Of a stretch of 64,000 bases of DNA, positions 55,913 through 64,000 are shown in pieces (position 1 is the first letter of the stretch; every line of letters begins with the position of its first letter). The notes beneath the pieces are model-generated. The model ran no database searches. It saw nothing but the letters and a program-made list of their open reading frames with translations, and was not told the DNA's origin. The DNA is from an uncultured archaeon (GTDB lineage: Archaea; Asgardarchaeota; Thorarchaeia; Thorarchaeales; Thorarchaeaceae): contig CAZSWP010000014.1 in NCBI GenBank assembly GCA_964610875.1, positions 16,863-80,862 of the forward strand, written 5' to 3'. Both the position numbers and the translations under genes were made by a program.

Positions 55913-56497
55913 ATGTGGTACCATGATTTGGTGAAGTCAATGATAATCTCAGGTGACAGAGTGCAGCTTCGCAATGAACCACGACAATCAGACTATGAAA
56001 ATATGTTACGATGGTGGGAATTAGATGAATGGCAGTATTATGATGAACCTGACGCAATTGTTGATAGGTCCAAATTACCATCTTATGAAACTTGGTACAA
56101 AAAGATGATGAATAGGGATGGGAGAAGCTGGCGTTGGCAAATAGATACAGAAGATGGTCAACACATTGGATGGGTCATATATTACGAGTACGACCAGGAT
56201 GACAAAACTGCTTTTGTTGGCATCGATATTCCTGAACCTGAGAATTGGGGAAAGGGACTAGGAACTGAAGCTCTCAGTCTATTGATAGACCACCTCTTTG
56301 AGTATCTTGATTTAATAGAGATTAGAACTGCAACATGGACTGGTAATGGGCGCATGATTCGGTGTGCTGAGAAGTGTGGTTTTCAAAGATACTTAGTGAT
56401 GCCACATAGAAGTCCGCTATCAGTACGCGGAGAACCTCTAGAACGAATCGTCTTTTTTCAATCAAAAGATGAGTGGAGAGAAAATAAGCGTAGTTGA
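55913..56497 (+). CDS. GNAT acetyltransferase (RimJ/RimL-like)
   Basis: HIGWV, VGIDI, WGKGLGTEAL, TWTGNGRMIRCAEKCGF. Confidence 0.9.
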   Translation: MWYHDLVKSMIISGDRVQLRNEPRQSDYENMLRWWELDEWQYYDEPDAIVDRSKLPSYETWYKKMMNRDGRSWRWQIDTEDGQHIGWVIYYEYDQDDKTAFVGIDIPEPENWGKGLGTEALSLLIDHLFEYLDLIEIRTATWTGNGRMIRCAEKCGFQRYLVMPHRSPLSVRGEPLERIVFFQSKDEWRENKRS

Positions 56498-56571
56498 TTT
56501 TATTCTTGTTCCAAATCCTGAAAGGCTTATCAGGTCTTGTGCTACTCATTGCATAACAAAAAGATGAGGAT

Positions 56572-56973
56572 TTGGAGATGAGTACCAACGAGACTAAATT
56601 ACCATATGGAACAATCAAAGATAAGAAATTGATAATGCACTTCAGTGCGTATGATATAGACTTGCCAGTGATTGCTGCAGGAATTAGAGAAAGAATGGAT
56701 GTCCTCAAGGAACTCGATGTTGCCTTTGCAGGTTTTGGAACTGAAGTCCCTGATAAAATGACGGAACAGAGTCCTGCAATGGTCAAGTGTTTCTTCGAAT
56801 ATGTCGGAAAACAAACTGACCCTGTTGTTATACTAAAGAGAGTCTATCATCTAATCTGGGGCGGTATGATTCAGGAGTTTCCTGATATCATTGATTGGGC
56901 TGCTGCAAAATCTGATCTTGCCAATCTGACCTACGCTCAAGCAGATGTGCTACGGGCACGAAAGGGTGATTAA
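56572..56973 (+). CDS. Hypothetical protein
   Basis: 133-aa ORF with SD-like GAGG/GGAG; first gene of a closely packed + strand run. Confidence 0.7.
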   Translation: MEMSTNETKLPYGTIKDKKLIMHFSAYDIDLPVIAAGIRERMDVLKELDVAFAGFGTEVPDKMTEQSPAMVKCFFEYVGKQTDPVVILKRVYHLIWGGMIQEFPDIIDWAAAKSDLANLTYAQADVLRARKGD

Positions 56974-56989
56974 AGGAAGCGCTTTAGCA

Positions 56990-57313
56990 ATGCGTGAAGT
57001 CAGAGTTTCTGAGATTCTTCATGACCTTCTCGAGAGACATGTTAAGAAGACTGAATACGAATCCGTAGAAGCCGCAGTTGATGTAATTCTCAAGTCATAT
57101 TTGATGAAGCATGATACTATTGGAAATATGCACCAGCCATTTTCTACGATTCTTATGTCCTCTGTTGATGATATTAGAGCAGCTCGCAAACTACTGGAAA
57201 CTGTAAACTGGATGAGTCTGCAAAAAGATATCAACAAAACTATTGAGAAAGTGAAGGACATTGAACAGAACCTCTCTCAGCATGCGTATGCTTTGAATGA
57301 AGAGAATAAATGA
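56990..57313 (+). CDS. Ribbon-helix-helix (CopG-like) protein with C-terminal coiled coil
   Basis: MREVRVSEILHDLLERHVKKTEYESVEAAVDVILKSYL beta-alpha-alpha pattern. Confidence 0.6.
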   Translation: MREVRVSEILHDLLERHVKKTEYESVEAAVDVILKSYLMKHDTIGNMHQPFSTILMSSVDDIRAARKLLETVNWMSLQKDINKTIEKVKDIEQNLSQHAYALNEENK

Positions 57314-57329
57314 GCAAGGAGAATTGGAC

Positions 57330-59279
57330 GTGAGAAGTATACGACAAAAACTCTTTGTAATCACATTGATAGTGTTATTATGTTGTCCACTGGCGGTAAA
57401 TTCTACAACTCCCGCTCAAGATAGAGTCGTGAATATAGATAGTGTTCTCGTCGATGTTGTTGTTTTACCGAATGGAAGAATCAATGTTACGTACTGGATG
57501 ACATTTACAGTTGAAAGTGGTTCAATTGGTGGATTTGATCTTCGAGGAATTCAGGAGTCATCAATTTACGATCCTGATCGAGCTTATGCAGAATATGATG
57601 GAGAGCGCTACTCATTAGTGGTGACTGAATATTGGGATGGATATGGTCTTGATTGGACACCTCGAACACAAGAAGGTGAATCTGTTACAATTGTGTTTGG
57701 ATACTTCAGTACAAATCGTGTCATAGAGAAGACAACAGGAACCTTCGAATTAGAGGGCAGCGGTGACACAATCACTGCTGATCTGGGAGTCTTTAATTGG
57801 GCTCCTGTCCAGTGGGAGTTGCCTATTGACTATTCCAATATCCGTGTTATTTATCCTATAGAAATGGAATCTGAATGGATTACATCTGAAGGAGGGATAA
57901 CTCCAGATGGTGCTAACCATGCTGGTTATGTGGTAGACTTCCGTCAACAGATAGAAGAGTCCAATGGAAACACTCGTGACTTCGAGTCAGTTGAACTCAT
58001 TGCATACCCTTCAGATGAGTCTGCATCGCCTAGAATTTTCAGTATCAGTTTCATTGAAAATTCAGTTAATTCTCTTGATCATCTGCGAGTCTTTCACTAT
58101 ACAAACTGGAGTTACTATGAACCCTTTTTGGTGCCTGGAGCGTTGGCAATTAATGCTGAAGATTATGTTAATGCAAATGCAGAAACAGATTTCGATATTT
58201 CACTAGACATAATCAATATTGGAGATGGTGATCTTACCGGTGTCACTGTGAATATGGCCCTTCCAGCAAATCTTACTCTAACACAAGGGTCTACTTCAAC
58301 ATTGGTTGGAACTCTTGTTGGTGGCGAATATTATACAGTCCTATTTTCCTTCATCCCTGCAAACACACCTCAGATTCTTACAATAACGTTTCAGGTTTCC
58401 GCCAATGAATTAAATACATCTGATTATCTGACCTTCAGTGTTGCTGAGCTTGATCCAGTAGAATCTGCATTCTTCGTAAACAACAGTAGGCAGAAAATTG
58501 TAGCTATGATTATGATGTCATGTGTCAAGAAGGGTGCAGTCAGAGTGATATCCACTGATCCATTGAAGTTGACTGATACCGGTGTACGATTTGAAGACCT
58601 AACCTATTATGAAGAGATGTTCATTGAAGCGATTGTTGATGACCAACTAGATGAGGAACTCGTTGATCAGATGATTGAAGAACTAGCTGAACGGGTTCAA
58701 GAAAAATCATGGAATGTTGATTTTGAAGCAACAAAGGAGCATCATGATCGAATGGTTGACGGTGCTTGGGACGAACTTAATGATCAACCTACTCTCAATA
58801 CTCGTACATTATACTACTTCGATAGTCATTACCATAACTCTTGGGCTTGGTACTGGTTGTATATGCATCCACGACACGATAGATATCTCGAAGATGCATT
58901 CGAATCTTCTGGACCTGCAATCGCACCTCCAAAGATTCCTGATTGGTTTAATGGTCTTGCTGAAGCAACTGGTAATGCCATTGATACGACCGGTCGTGTG
59001 ATTGGGGATGTTGCGGCTACAACAGGTCAAATAGTATCTAATGTTACGAGTACCATCGGGAAAGTCGTAGAGAATGTTGGGAGCGTGATAACTGCCCCAT
59101 TGAAGCCAATCATCGAAGGCACAAGTCGTTGTGTATCGCACGATGCTTGTCATAGTGCTTGCGTTTCGCATGACGCCTGTCATAGTGCCTGCCACTCAGC
59201 ATGCCATAGTGCTTGTGTATGCCATTCTGCATGTCACAGTGCTTGTCATAGTGCCTGTGTGTCAGGAGGGTTCCGCTAA
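57330..59279 (+). CDS. Exported DUF2207-like protein with Ig-like domain and C-terminal Cys/His-rich (CHSA)n tail
   Basis: GTG start after AGGAG; signal peptide; V.V.PNG.I.VTY and FNWAPVQW; DUF11/CARDB-like NIGDGDLTGVTV; tail CVSHDACHSAC...CVSGGFR. Confidence 0.82.
   Translation: MRSIRQKLFVITLIVLLCCPLAVNSTTPAQDRVVNIDSVLVDVVVLPNGRINVTYWMTFTVESGSIGGFDLRGIQESSIYDPDRAYAEYDGERYSLVVTEYWDGYGLDWTPRTQEGESVTIVFGYFSTNRVIEKTTGTFELEGSGDTITADLGVFNWAPVQWELPIDYSNIRVIYPIEMESEWITSEGGITPDGANHAGYVVDFRQQIEESNGNTRDFESVELIAYPSDESASPRIFSISFIENSVNSLDHLRVFHYTNWSYYEPFLVPGALAINAEDYVNANAETDFDISLDIINIGDGDLTGVTVNMALPANLTLTQGSTSTLVGTLVGGEYYTVLFSFIPANTPQILTITFQVSANELNTSDYLTFSVAELDPVESAFFVNNSRQKIVAMIMMSCVKKGAVRVISTDPLKLTDTGVRFEDLTYYEEMFIEAIVDDQLDEELVDQMIEELAERVQEKSWNVDFEATKEHHDRMVDGAWDELNDQPTLNTRTLYYFDSHYHNSWAWYWLYMHPRHDRYLEDAFESSGPAIAPPKIPDWFNGLAEATGNAIDTTGRVIGDVAATTGQIVSNVTSTIGKVVENVGSVITAPLKPIIEGTSRCVSHDACHSACVSHDACHSACHSACHSACVCHSACHSACHSACVSGGFR
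59130..59276 (+). repeat. 49-aa Cys/His repeat: 11 Cys, 9 His; units CHSA and CVSHDA
   Basis: Direct translation; synonymous codons vary between units (AGT/TCA/TCT, CAT/CAC, TGT/TGC). Confidence 0.95.
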
Positions 59280-60035
59280 ATGCCAAAGATGAAGACCACG
59301 ATCTTTCATCTAAGTGATGTGCACATTGGAGAAAGCGGTGTACTTTTAGAGGATTTCAGAAATATAATCGATAGTATTGAGAAGAAATCTAGAAACTCAG
59401 CATCTCCTATAGTTCTGATTACAGGTGATTTGACTTCAGAGGGTTTAAGAGATGAATTCGAAAATTTCTATTCTGTCATTGAAGGATTGAGCTTGCCGCT
59501 TGTTATAGTACCTGGAAACCATGACGAACGTAACTATGGAACTTCAATATTTGAGGAGCTTTTTGGTGATAGATTCTCTACTTATGAAACAGAACATATA
59601 TCCATGTATGCGGCAGATAGTTCTGAACCTGATAATGATGCGGGTCATGTTGGTAGATCCAAATACCATGAAATTGCTGATTTCTTTCGAACTGCAAAAG
59701 AGAAAGTGAAAATATTCGCGTTGCACCATCATCTTATTCCCGTTCCTCATACTGGAAGAGAACATAATGTCGTTGAGGACGCTGGAGATATGTTGGGTGT
59801 TCTCACTCGTTCCAGATGCTCTATGGTTCTAAACGGGCACCGCCATGTGCCATGGATGTGGCGATTGAATGGGATGATTCTCTATAACACTGGTACTCTC
59901 TTATCCAAAAGAATTCGTGGAGCCCATTCTCAAGCATATACCAGAATAGAAATAGAAGATACGGATGCAATATTCTATCTCCATGAAAAAATTGGGGATG
60001 TGTCAAAGTTTGGAGAAGGTCAGTTGTTAGTATGA
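59280..60035 (+). CDS. Calcineurin-like metallophosphoesterase
   Basis: SDVH, TGDLT, PGNHD, LHHH, NGHRH; ATG directly follows the upstream TAA. Confidence 0.92.
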   Translation: MPKMKTTIFHLSDVHIGESGVLLEDFRNIIDSIEKKSRNSASPIVLITGDLTSEGLRDEFENFYSVIEGLSLPLVIVPGNHDERNYGTSIFEELFGDRFSTYETEHISMYAADSSEPDNDAGHVGRSKYHEIADFFRTAKEKVKIFALHHHLIPVPHTGREHNVVEDAGDMLGVLTRSRCSMVLNGHRHVPWMWRLNGMILYNTGTLLSKRIRGAHSQAYTRIEIEDTDAIFYLHEKIGDVSKFGEGQLLV

Positions 60036-60105
60036 AGAACTGTGGTTTGGCAAATTAGCCGAGTCCGGTAAGTTGATAGTCTGGTTACATTCCTCAGGAA
60101 CTGCC

Positions 60106-61326
60106 ATGAATGCTCTTGAAAGATATGTGATTCTCTCTGGAGAAGTTGGAAATCTAGTCGAAAAAGAAACTGGTGTCAATTTGATTGATGCGTATTTTGG
60201 CCCAGATAATCTTGCTCCAAAGAATCAACAAAAAGACAGACCAAGTAATGACTTAATTCATGAACTTGAAGAACTGAAAGAAAAAATATCTGAAGAAATC
60301 ACAGATAGGATACACGAAACCTATCTTCTTGCAGAGATTGACTCATTCAAGACTGTAGTTCAATGGCTCTCTGGCTCTGAGATGAGTTATTCACATCTTG
60401 TTGAAGCTCTATTTCATATTCCACTCGAGAAGTTCAGTGAGAAGGAAATCGATGTAGTTATAGATACAGTTGAAGATTTGACAAAAGACATCTCTGGGAA
60501 AGATGTTCATGAGCGGGTGATCAATTTTTCAAAAGAAGGAGAGATTCAAGGAGAAGAATTGAGTGATTTGATTGAAAATGTTCTTCAACCGAAGGCGAGA
60601 GAAGTTGGTGAACTTTTCCAAAAACGTATTTTCTCGAAAATGAAGATATCAGTTACAGATAATGGAGTGTTGTATAGTTCAGTCACTGATAAACCTTGGT
60701 CTGGTTATAATTACTATCAAGGTGACTATAAGTCACTCAACGAATTCAATGTTGATCGTCCTATGAACAAAGATAGTCTCTTGGGAGTCATCTATCACGA
60801 GTATGAACATCATGTATCAAATCTGTGGCGGGAGAGAAAATATCGTATTGATGGAAACCTTGATCTCTCAACTGTACCACTTCATACTGGAAGATGTGTT
60901 ATATCTGAAGGCACAGCAGACACAGCAAAAGATTTCCTTGGTGTACGAGAATCAACCCAAAGAGAACGAATATTCGATGCATTATATATCCTACGTCGTA
61001 TGACAAGTATCAACGCAGCAATTATGATGAATCATGAGAAAGAGTCTACAGAAGAGGCAGTTGATTACATGGTTTACAGAGGCCTCAGAACTGAGTCATC
61101 AGCTAAAGGGTCTCTAGGTTTCATTGGTCCAAAGAATAGTGATGGTTCACCTAATATTTGGGCTCCGTACATTATCACTTATTTTATTGGGAGAACTGAG
61201 TTTGTGCTTCCGACATTTGAAAAAGCTAGAAATCAAGATATGATTCCAGAATTTTTCAAAACCATCTATCTCAATCCATATGCAGGCTCAAGTGCTACAT
61301 GGGAAATGGCTTTTGATTGGTTATAG
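60106..61326 (+). CDS. DUF885-like / gluzincin-type zinc metalloprotein
   Basis: IDAYFGP, WSGYNYYQG, IYHEYEHH, ISEGTA, YIITY..G. Confidence 0.65.
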   Translation: MNALERYVILSGEVGNLVEKETGVNLIDAYFGPDNLAPKNQQKDRPSNDLIHELEELKEKISEEITDRIHETYLLAEIDSFKTVVQWLSGSEMSYSHLVEALFHIPLEKFSEKEIDVVIDTVEDLTKDISGKDVHERVINFSKEGEIQGEELSDLIENVLQPKAREVGELFQKRIFSKMKISVTDNGVLYSSVTDKPWSGYNYYQGDYKSLNEFNVDRPMNKDSLLGVIYHEYEHHVSNLWRERKYRIDGNLDLSTVPLHTGRCVISEGTADTAKDFLGVRESTQRERIFDALYILRRMTSINAAIMMNHEKESTEEAVDYMVYRGLRTESSAKGSLGFIGPKNSDGSPNIWAPYIITYFIGRTEFVLPTFEKARNQDMIPEFFKTIYLNPYAGSSATWEMAFDWL

Positions 61327-61350
61327 TAGAAGAGGGTTATCCCCTCTATA

Positions 61351-62361
61351 CTATGCCTGCAGTTCTCCATCTTTCATTATTTCTTTAGTGCGACCATCAG
61401 AATAAGTTACAACTACAGTTGGTTTATCCACTAAAAAATCTTGATGATTTGCAGAGTTGTTTGCTACTGTACCAGGATAGTCCATGTTATTGCCAAAAGC
61501 AACATGTATTGCTTCTACTTTCTCTGCTTCAAGAAACTCATCAACGAGACGCGCTTTTGGATTTAGACCAATTGCGAACTCACCGACATATTTTGCCATC
61601 TTATCAATAGACTGAGCCTCTTCAATGCTTTTCACAACATCACTATCCTCGCATTCTATTGATTCGACTCTGCCATCTTTGACAGTGAGTGTCACAGGTT
61701 TTGTAATAGGCCCGATTCCGCCAATAGCTAGGTCACAGACTAATTTCCCTTGCATTGATGTTTCAACAGGTCCCACTAATACTTCTCCAGTTGGCAGATT
61801 CATCCATTTCATTGTCTTCCAGTCGATGTATGTATCTGAGAACCAAGTTCGACCTTTTACACTTAGAGTGAAATCACTTCCACTCGGAGATGTAACATAG
61901 ACTGATACTGTGTCTTGTAGCAGGGTAACGAGGTTTCTTGCCTTATTCTGCATCTCTGCATTCTCATTTCTTGTGAGAGAGAGTGCACCTTCAGTCATCA
62001 TATCAAGAGTTATTCCAGGGCAATGTCCAAGGCGTGCTTTCCCTTTACGTGTTTCAAGCTTGATTATCTTGATCCGAAATGGTGTTTCTTGTGCTGGTCC
62101 TCGCAGGATATTAACGTAAATATCTGGTGATTGCATTGAATTTATCATCTCAACCAGATGAGCTGGAGGTTCTTTCCTGAATTCTTTTGATTTAGTATCC
62201 AAGACAAGTAATCTTGTCCAGAGACCAATCTCAAGGGCTCCTTGTGCAAAAGCCTCACCTATCTCTTTTCTAACATCATCAGTAACAATAAGTATTGATT
62301 CACCTGGTCTAGCTTCAAGAACTGTTTCAAGTGCGTTAGCAGCTGCAATTATTGGTTCCAT
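61351..62361 (-). CDS. Aminopeptidase, M29 (thermophilic metalloprotease) family
   Basis: GESILIVTD, GHCPGIT, NLPTGEV, GEFAIGLN, EAEKV, IHVAFGNN, HQD. Confidence 0.88.
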   Translation of the reverse strand: MEPIIAAANALETVLEARPGESILIVTDDVRKEIGEAFAQGALEIGLWTRLLVLDTKSKEFRKEPPAHLVEMINSMQSPDIYVNILRGPAQETPFRIKIIKLETRKGKARLGHCPGITLDMMTEGALSLTRNENAEMQNKARNLVTLLQDTVSVYVTSPSGSDFTLSVKGRTWFSDTYIDWKTMKWMNLPTGEVLVGPVETSMQGKLVCDLAIGGIGPITKPVTLTVKDGRVESIECEDSDVVKSIEEAQSIDKMAKYVGEFAIGLNPKARLVDEFLEAEKVEAIHVAFGNNMDYPGTVANNSANHQDFLVDKPTVVVTYSDGRTKEIMKDGELQA

Positions 62362-62430
62362 GATACTCTCCTAGTTTTCTCTACCAAAGTGGTCACTTTA
62401 GTCTGTTTTGAATAAGGCGAAAAAGAAGAG

Positions 62431-62465
62431 AGATGATTAGAACGGCAATAACCGTTCTATCATCT
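62431..62465 (-). terminator. Hairpin plus U-tract downstream of the SLC44-like gene
   Basis: AGATGA(T)TAGAACGG / CCGTTCTATCATCT 14-bp stem, followed on the minus strand by CTCTTCTTTTT. Confidence 0.65.
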
Positions 62466-62475
62466 TTGGTTTTCA

Positions 62476-63858
62476 TTAATAGCTCCGTTGGGCTCTACTA
62501 TATGCACTATCGAGTTCCTTGGACATTGCAGAAGGAATTGCTGTCTTTCCACTGATGTCACCCTCCTTCCTTCTAATGAAGACATAGAGCAGTGTGACAT
62601 AGACAATATCGAAGGTCCTGAGTGTCAATGTGCTTGGAATACCTGCAAATACAGTGAAAATTATAGCTATAACGATAGTCATCAGAATATCCCCTGCAAA
62701 GATAAACCAACCAATGACTGCTCCACCGACAGCAAACGCTATGAAGAACATGGCTGCCAGTACACCAAATCCCCACCTGACTGCAGTCTCTTTAATAATA
62801 ACATCTACAAAGTTGTTCTTAACCAGACTTGCACTGCGTTTTATTCCATCTTTTGCACCTTTCCGTTCAGCAACCATAACTGGTATGGTGAAGTAGTTCA
62901 CTAATGCCCAAACCCAGTTGATTATACCACTCACGAGTCGACCCAGAGCACGTCCTCCAGGTCCTGATTTGCGACTTATCGCTTGGATTGCCAAAATGAC
63001 AAGCTTGACAATAACACTGGCTATACTAAGAACGATTATTCCACCAACAACACTTAGTGTAGCTTTGAAGCCATCACCAATGTCTGGGTCCTGACCTCTC
63101 ATATACAGATAGACCATAGCAGATGAAACACCATATGCGAAGTAATAGAAGAATATGGTCACGAAGAGATATATCACAACACCCAAGCCCATTGTCACAT
63201 TTTGTTCAAGAGTGGGTTCTATCGTCCCTATAAGGACATCAAAAGGCACGAAATAGAATATGATACCTGCCCATAGTGCAGCAGCAACCAAAGTGAAGAT
63301 CATCGTTAGGAGTGGTGGTATGAAAACACCTTTCTCGTCAAGACATACCTGTCCTGTAAGTTTGATTAGTTCACCTGCACGTTTTACCTTGTCCTTCCAT
63401 ACGGTGAACAGGAGAAGTGTGATGAATAGCGTGAAGAAGCCAGGAATCATTATCGGCCAGGATGAAGCAATGATTGCGAAGTTGAATCCAGAGGCAACTA
63501 TCAATAATACTGGCGCTAACCATGCCATTACATTCATGAAGAATGCACCGATGTAAATCAGTGTTCCACCTAGTTTCTTCGCCAAGGATGATGCTCCAAA
63601 AGATAGTAATAGACTCAGAATCACGAGAGATCCAAGCAATCCCACAATAGTCAAAGCATTATCTGTGAGGATATTCGGCAACCCAATATCATCGAGCGCT
63701 TGTAATATCTGAGCACCATATTGATTCCATAATTGCCAGAGTGAATAAACACCAAACGCTATGAAAGATCCAAAAACAAAGAGCAAACCAATTACTGGTT
63801 TTGTAGTGCTTGGATAAGATTCTTTCTTATGATATTCGTAAATGTCCGATTTTGCCAC
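62476..63858 (-). CDS. Polytopic membrane protein, choline-transporter-like (CTL/SLC44) / DUF6159-related
   Basis: About 10 TM; WKDKVKRAGELIKLTGQV..P.L; W.LVNYFTIPVMVAE..GAKDGIKRSASLVK. Confidence 0.6.
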   Translation of the reverse strand: MAKSDIYEYHKKESYPSTTKPVIGLLFVFGSFIAFGVYSLWQLWNQYGAQILQALDDIGLPNILTDNALTIVGLLGSLVILSLLLSFGASSLAKKLGGTLIYIGAFFMNVMAWLAPVLLIVASGFNFAIIASSWPIMIPGFFTLFITLLLFTVWKDKVKRAGELIKLTGQVCLDEKGVFIPPLLTMIFTLVAAALWAGIIFYFVPFDVLIGTIEPTLEQNVTMGLGVVIYLFVTIFFYYFAYGVSSAMVYLYMRGQDPDIGDGFKATLSVVGGIIVLSIASVIVKLVILAIQAISRKSGPGGRALGRLVSGIINWVWALVNYFTIPVMVAERKGAKDGIKRSASLVKNNFVDVIIKETAVRWGFGVLAAMFFIAFAVGGAVIGWFIFAGDILMTIVIAIIFTVFAGIPSTLTLRTFDIVYVTLLYVFIRRKEGDISGKTAIPSAMSKELDSAYSRAQRSY

Positions 63859-64000
63859 TGTAAAATCTCTCCCAATAGATTTGGCTGATACATTCGTTTG
63901 TGTCCATTTCTAGTTAAATCTTCGGACTGATTATATTTTGAGAATTTGTACTAAATGCCAAGTTATTTTTGTATGGATGTCTAAGATAGGCTATGGAGAA

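Noticed and set aside
59130-59276. Multiheme cytochrome c motifs in the Cys/His tail
   Set aside because: Spacing is CxxxCH or CxxxxxCH, never canonical CxxCH, and the motifs overlap too densely for heme packing.
1-64000. tRNA, rRNA, transposase or integrase genes
   Set aside because: No cloverleaf or T-loop consensus in the intergenic gaps, no long GC-rich non-coding tract, and no recombinase or transposase motifs among the ORFs.

Overview
A 64 kb, AT-rich, gene-dense archaeal chromosomal segment. The archaeal histone, archaeal-type GluRS, RFC and Cdc6, GGTGA/GAGG Shine-Dalgarno motifs, TATA/BRE promoters and a ~5,050-aa DUF2341/LamG/Ig-like surface protein point to an Asgard archaeon, probably Thorarchaeia (inference). 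I found no rRNA, tRNA, CRISPR array or mobile element. Housekeeping and metabolic genes (gltX, hydantoinase/oxoprolinase A and B, thiI, malic enzyme, two bcp, core MetE-like, MFS, M29 aminopeptidase) are interleaved with several unusual loci. (1) A candidate protein-tail modification system: a PqqD/RRE-fused radical SAM gene, truncated here, lies near an operon encoding an exported DUF2207-like protein that ends in an 11-Cys/9-His (CHSA)n-GGFR tail, followed by a metallophosphoesterase and a zinc-peptidase-like gene. (2) A double-GNAT protein that tracks eukaryotic N-myristoyltransferase along its length. (3) A tandem RIO-kinase pair plus a wHTH gene, behind a perfect 14-bp palindrome and a highly structured leader. 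(4) An XPB helicase plus a p52/Tfb2-like partner, ATPase-dead Cdc6 and RadA paralogs, an RFC subunit with a large insertion, and a near-identical inverted-repeat motif upstream of both cdc6-like and the p52-like/rfc pair. (5) An SLC44/CTL-like membrane protein. All family assignments come from motif recognition by eye; no database searches were run.
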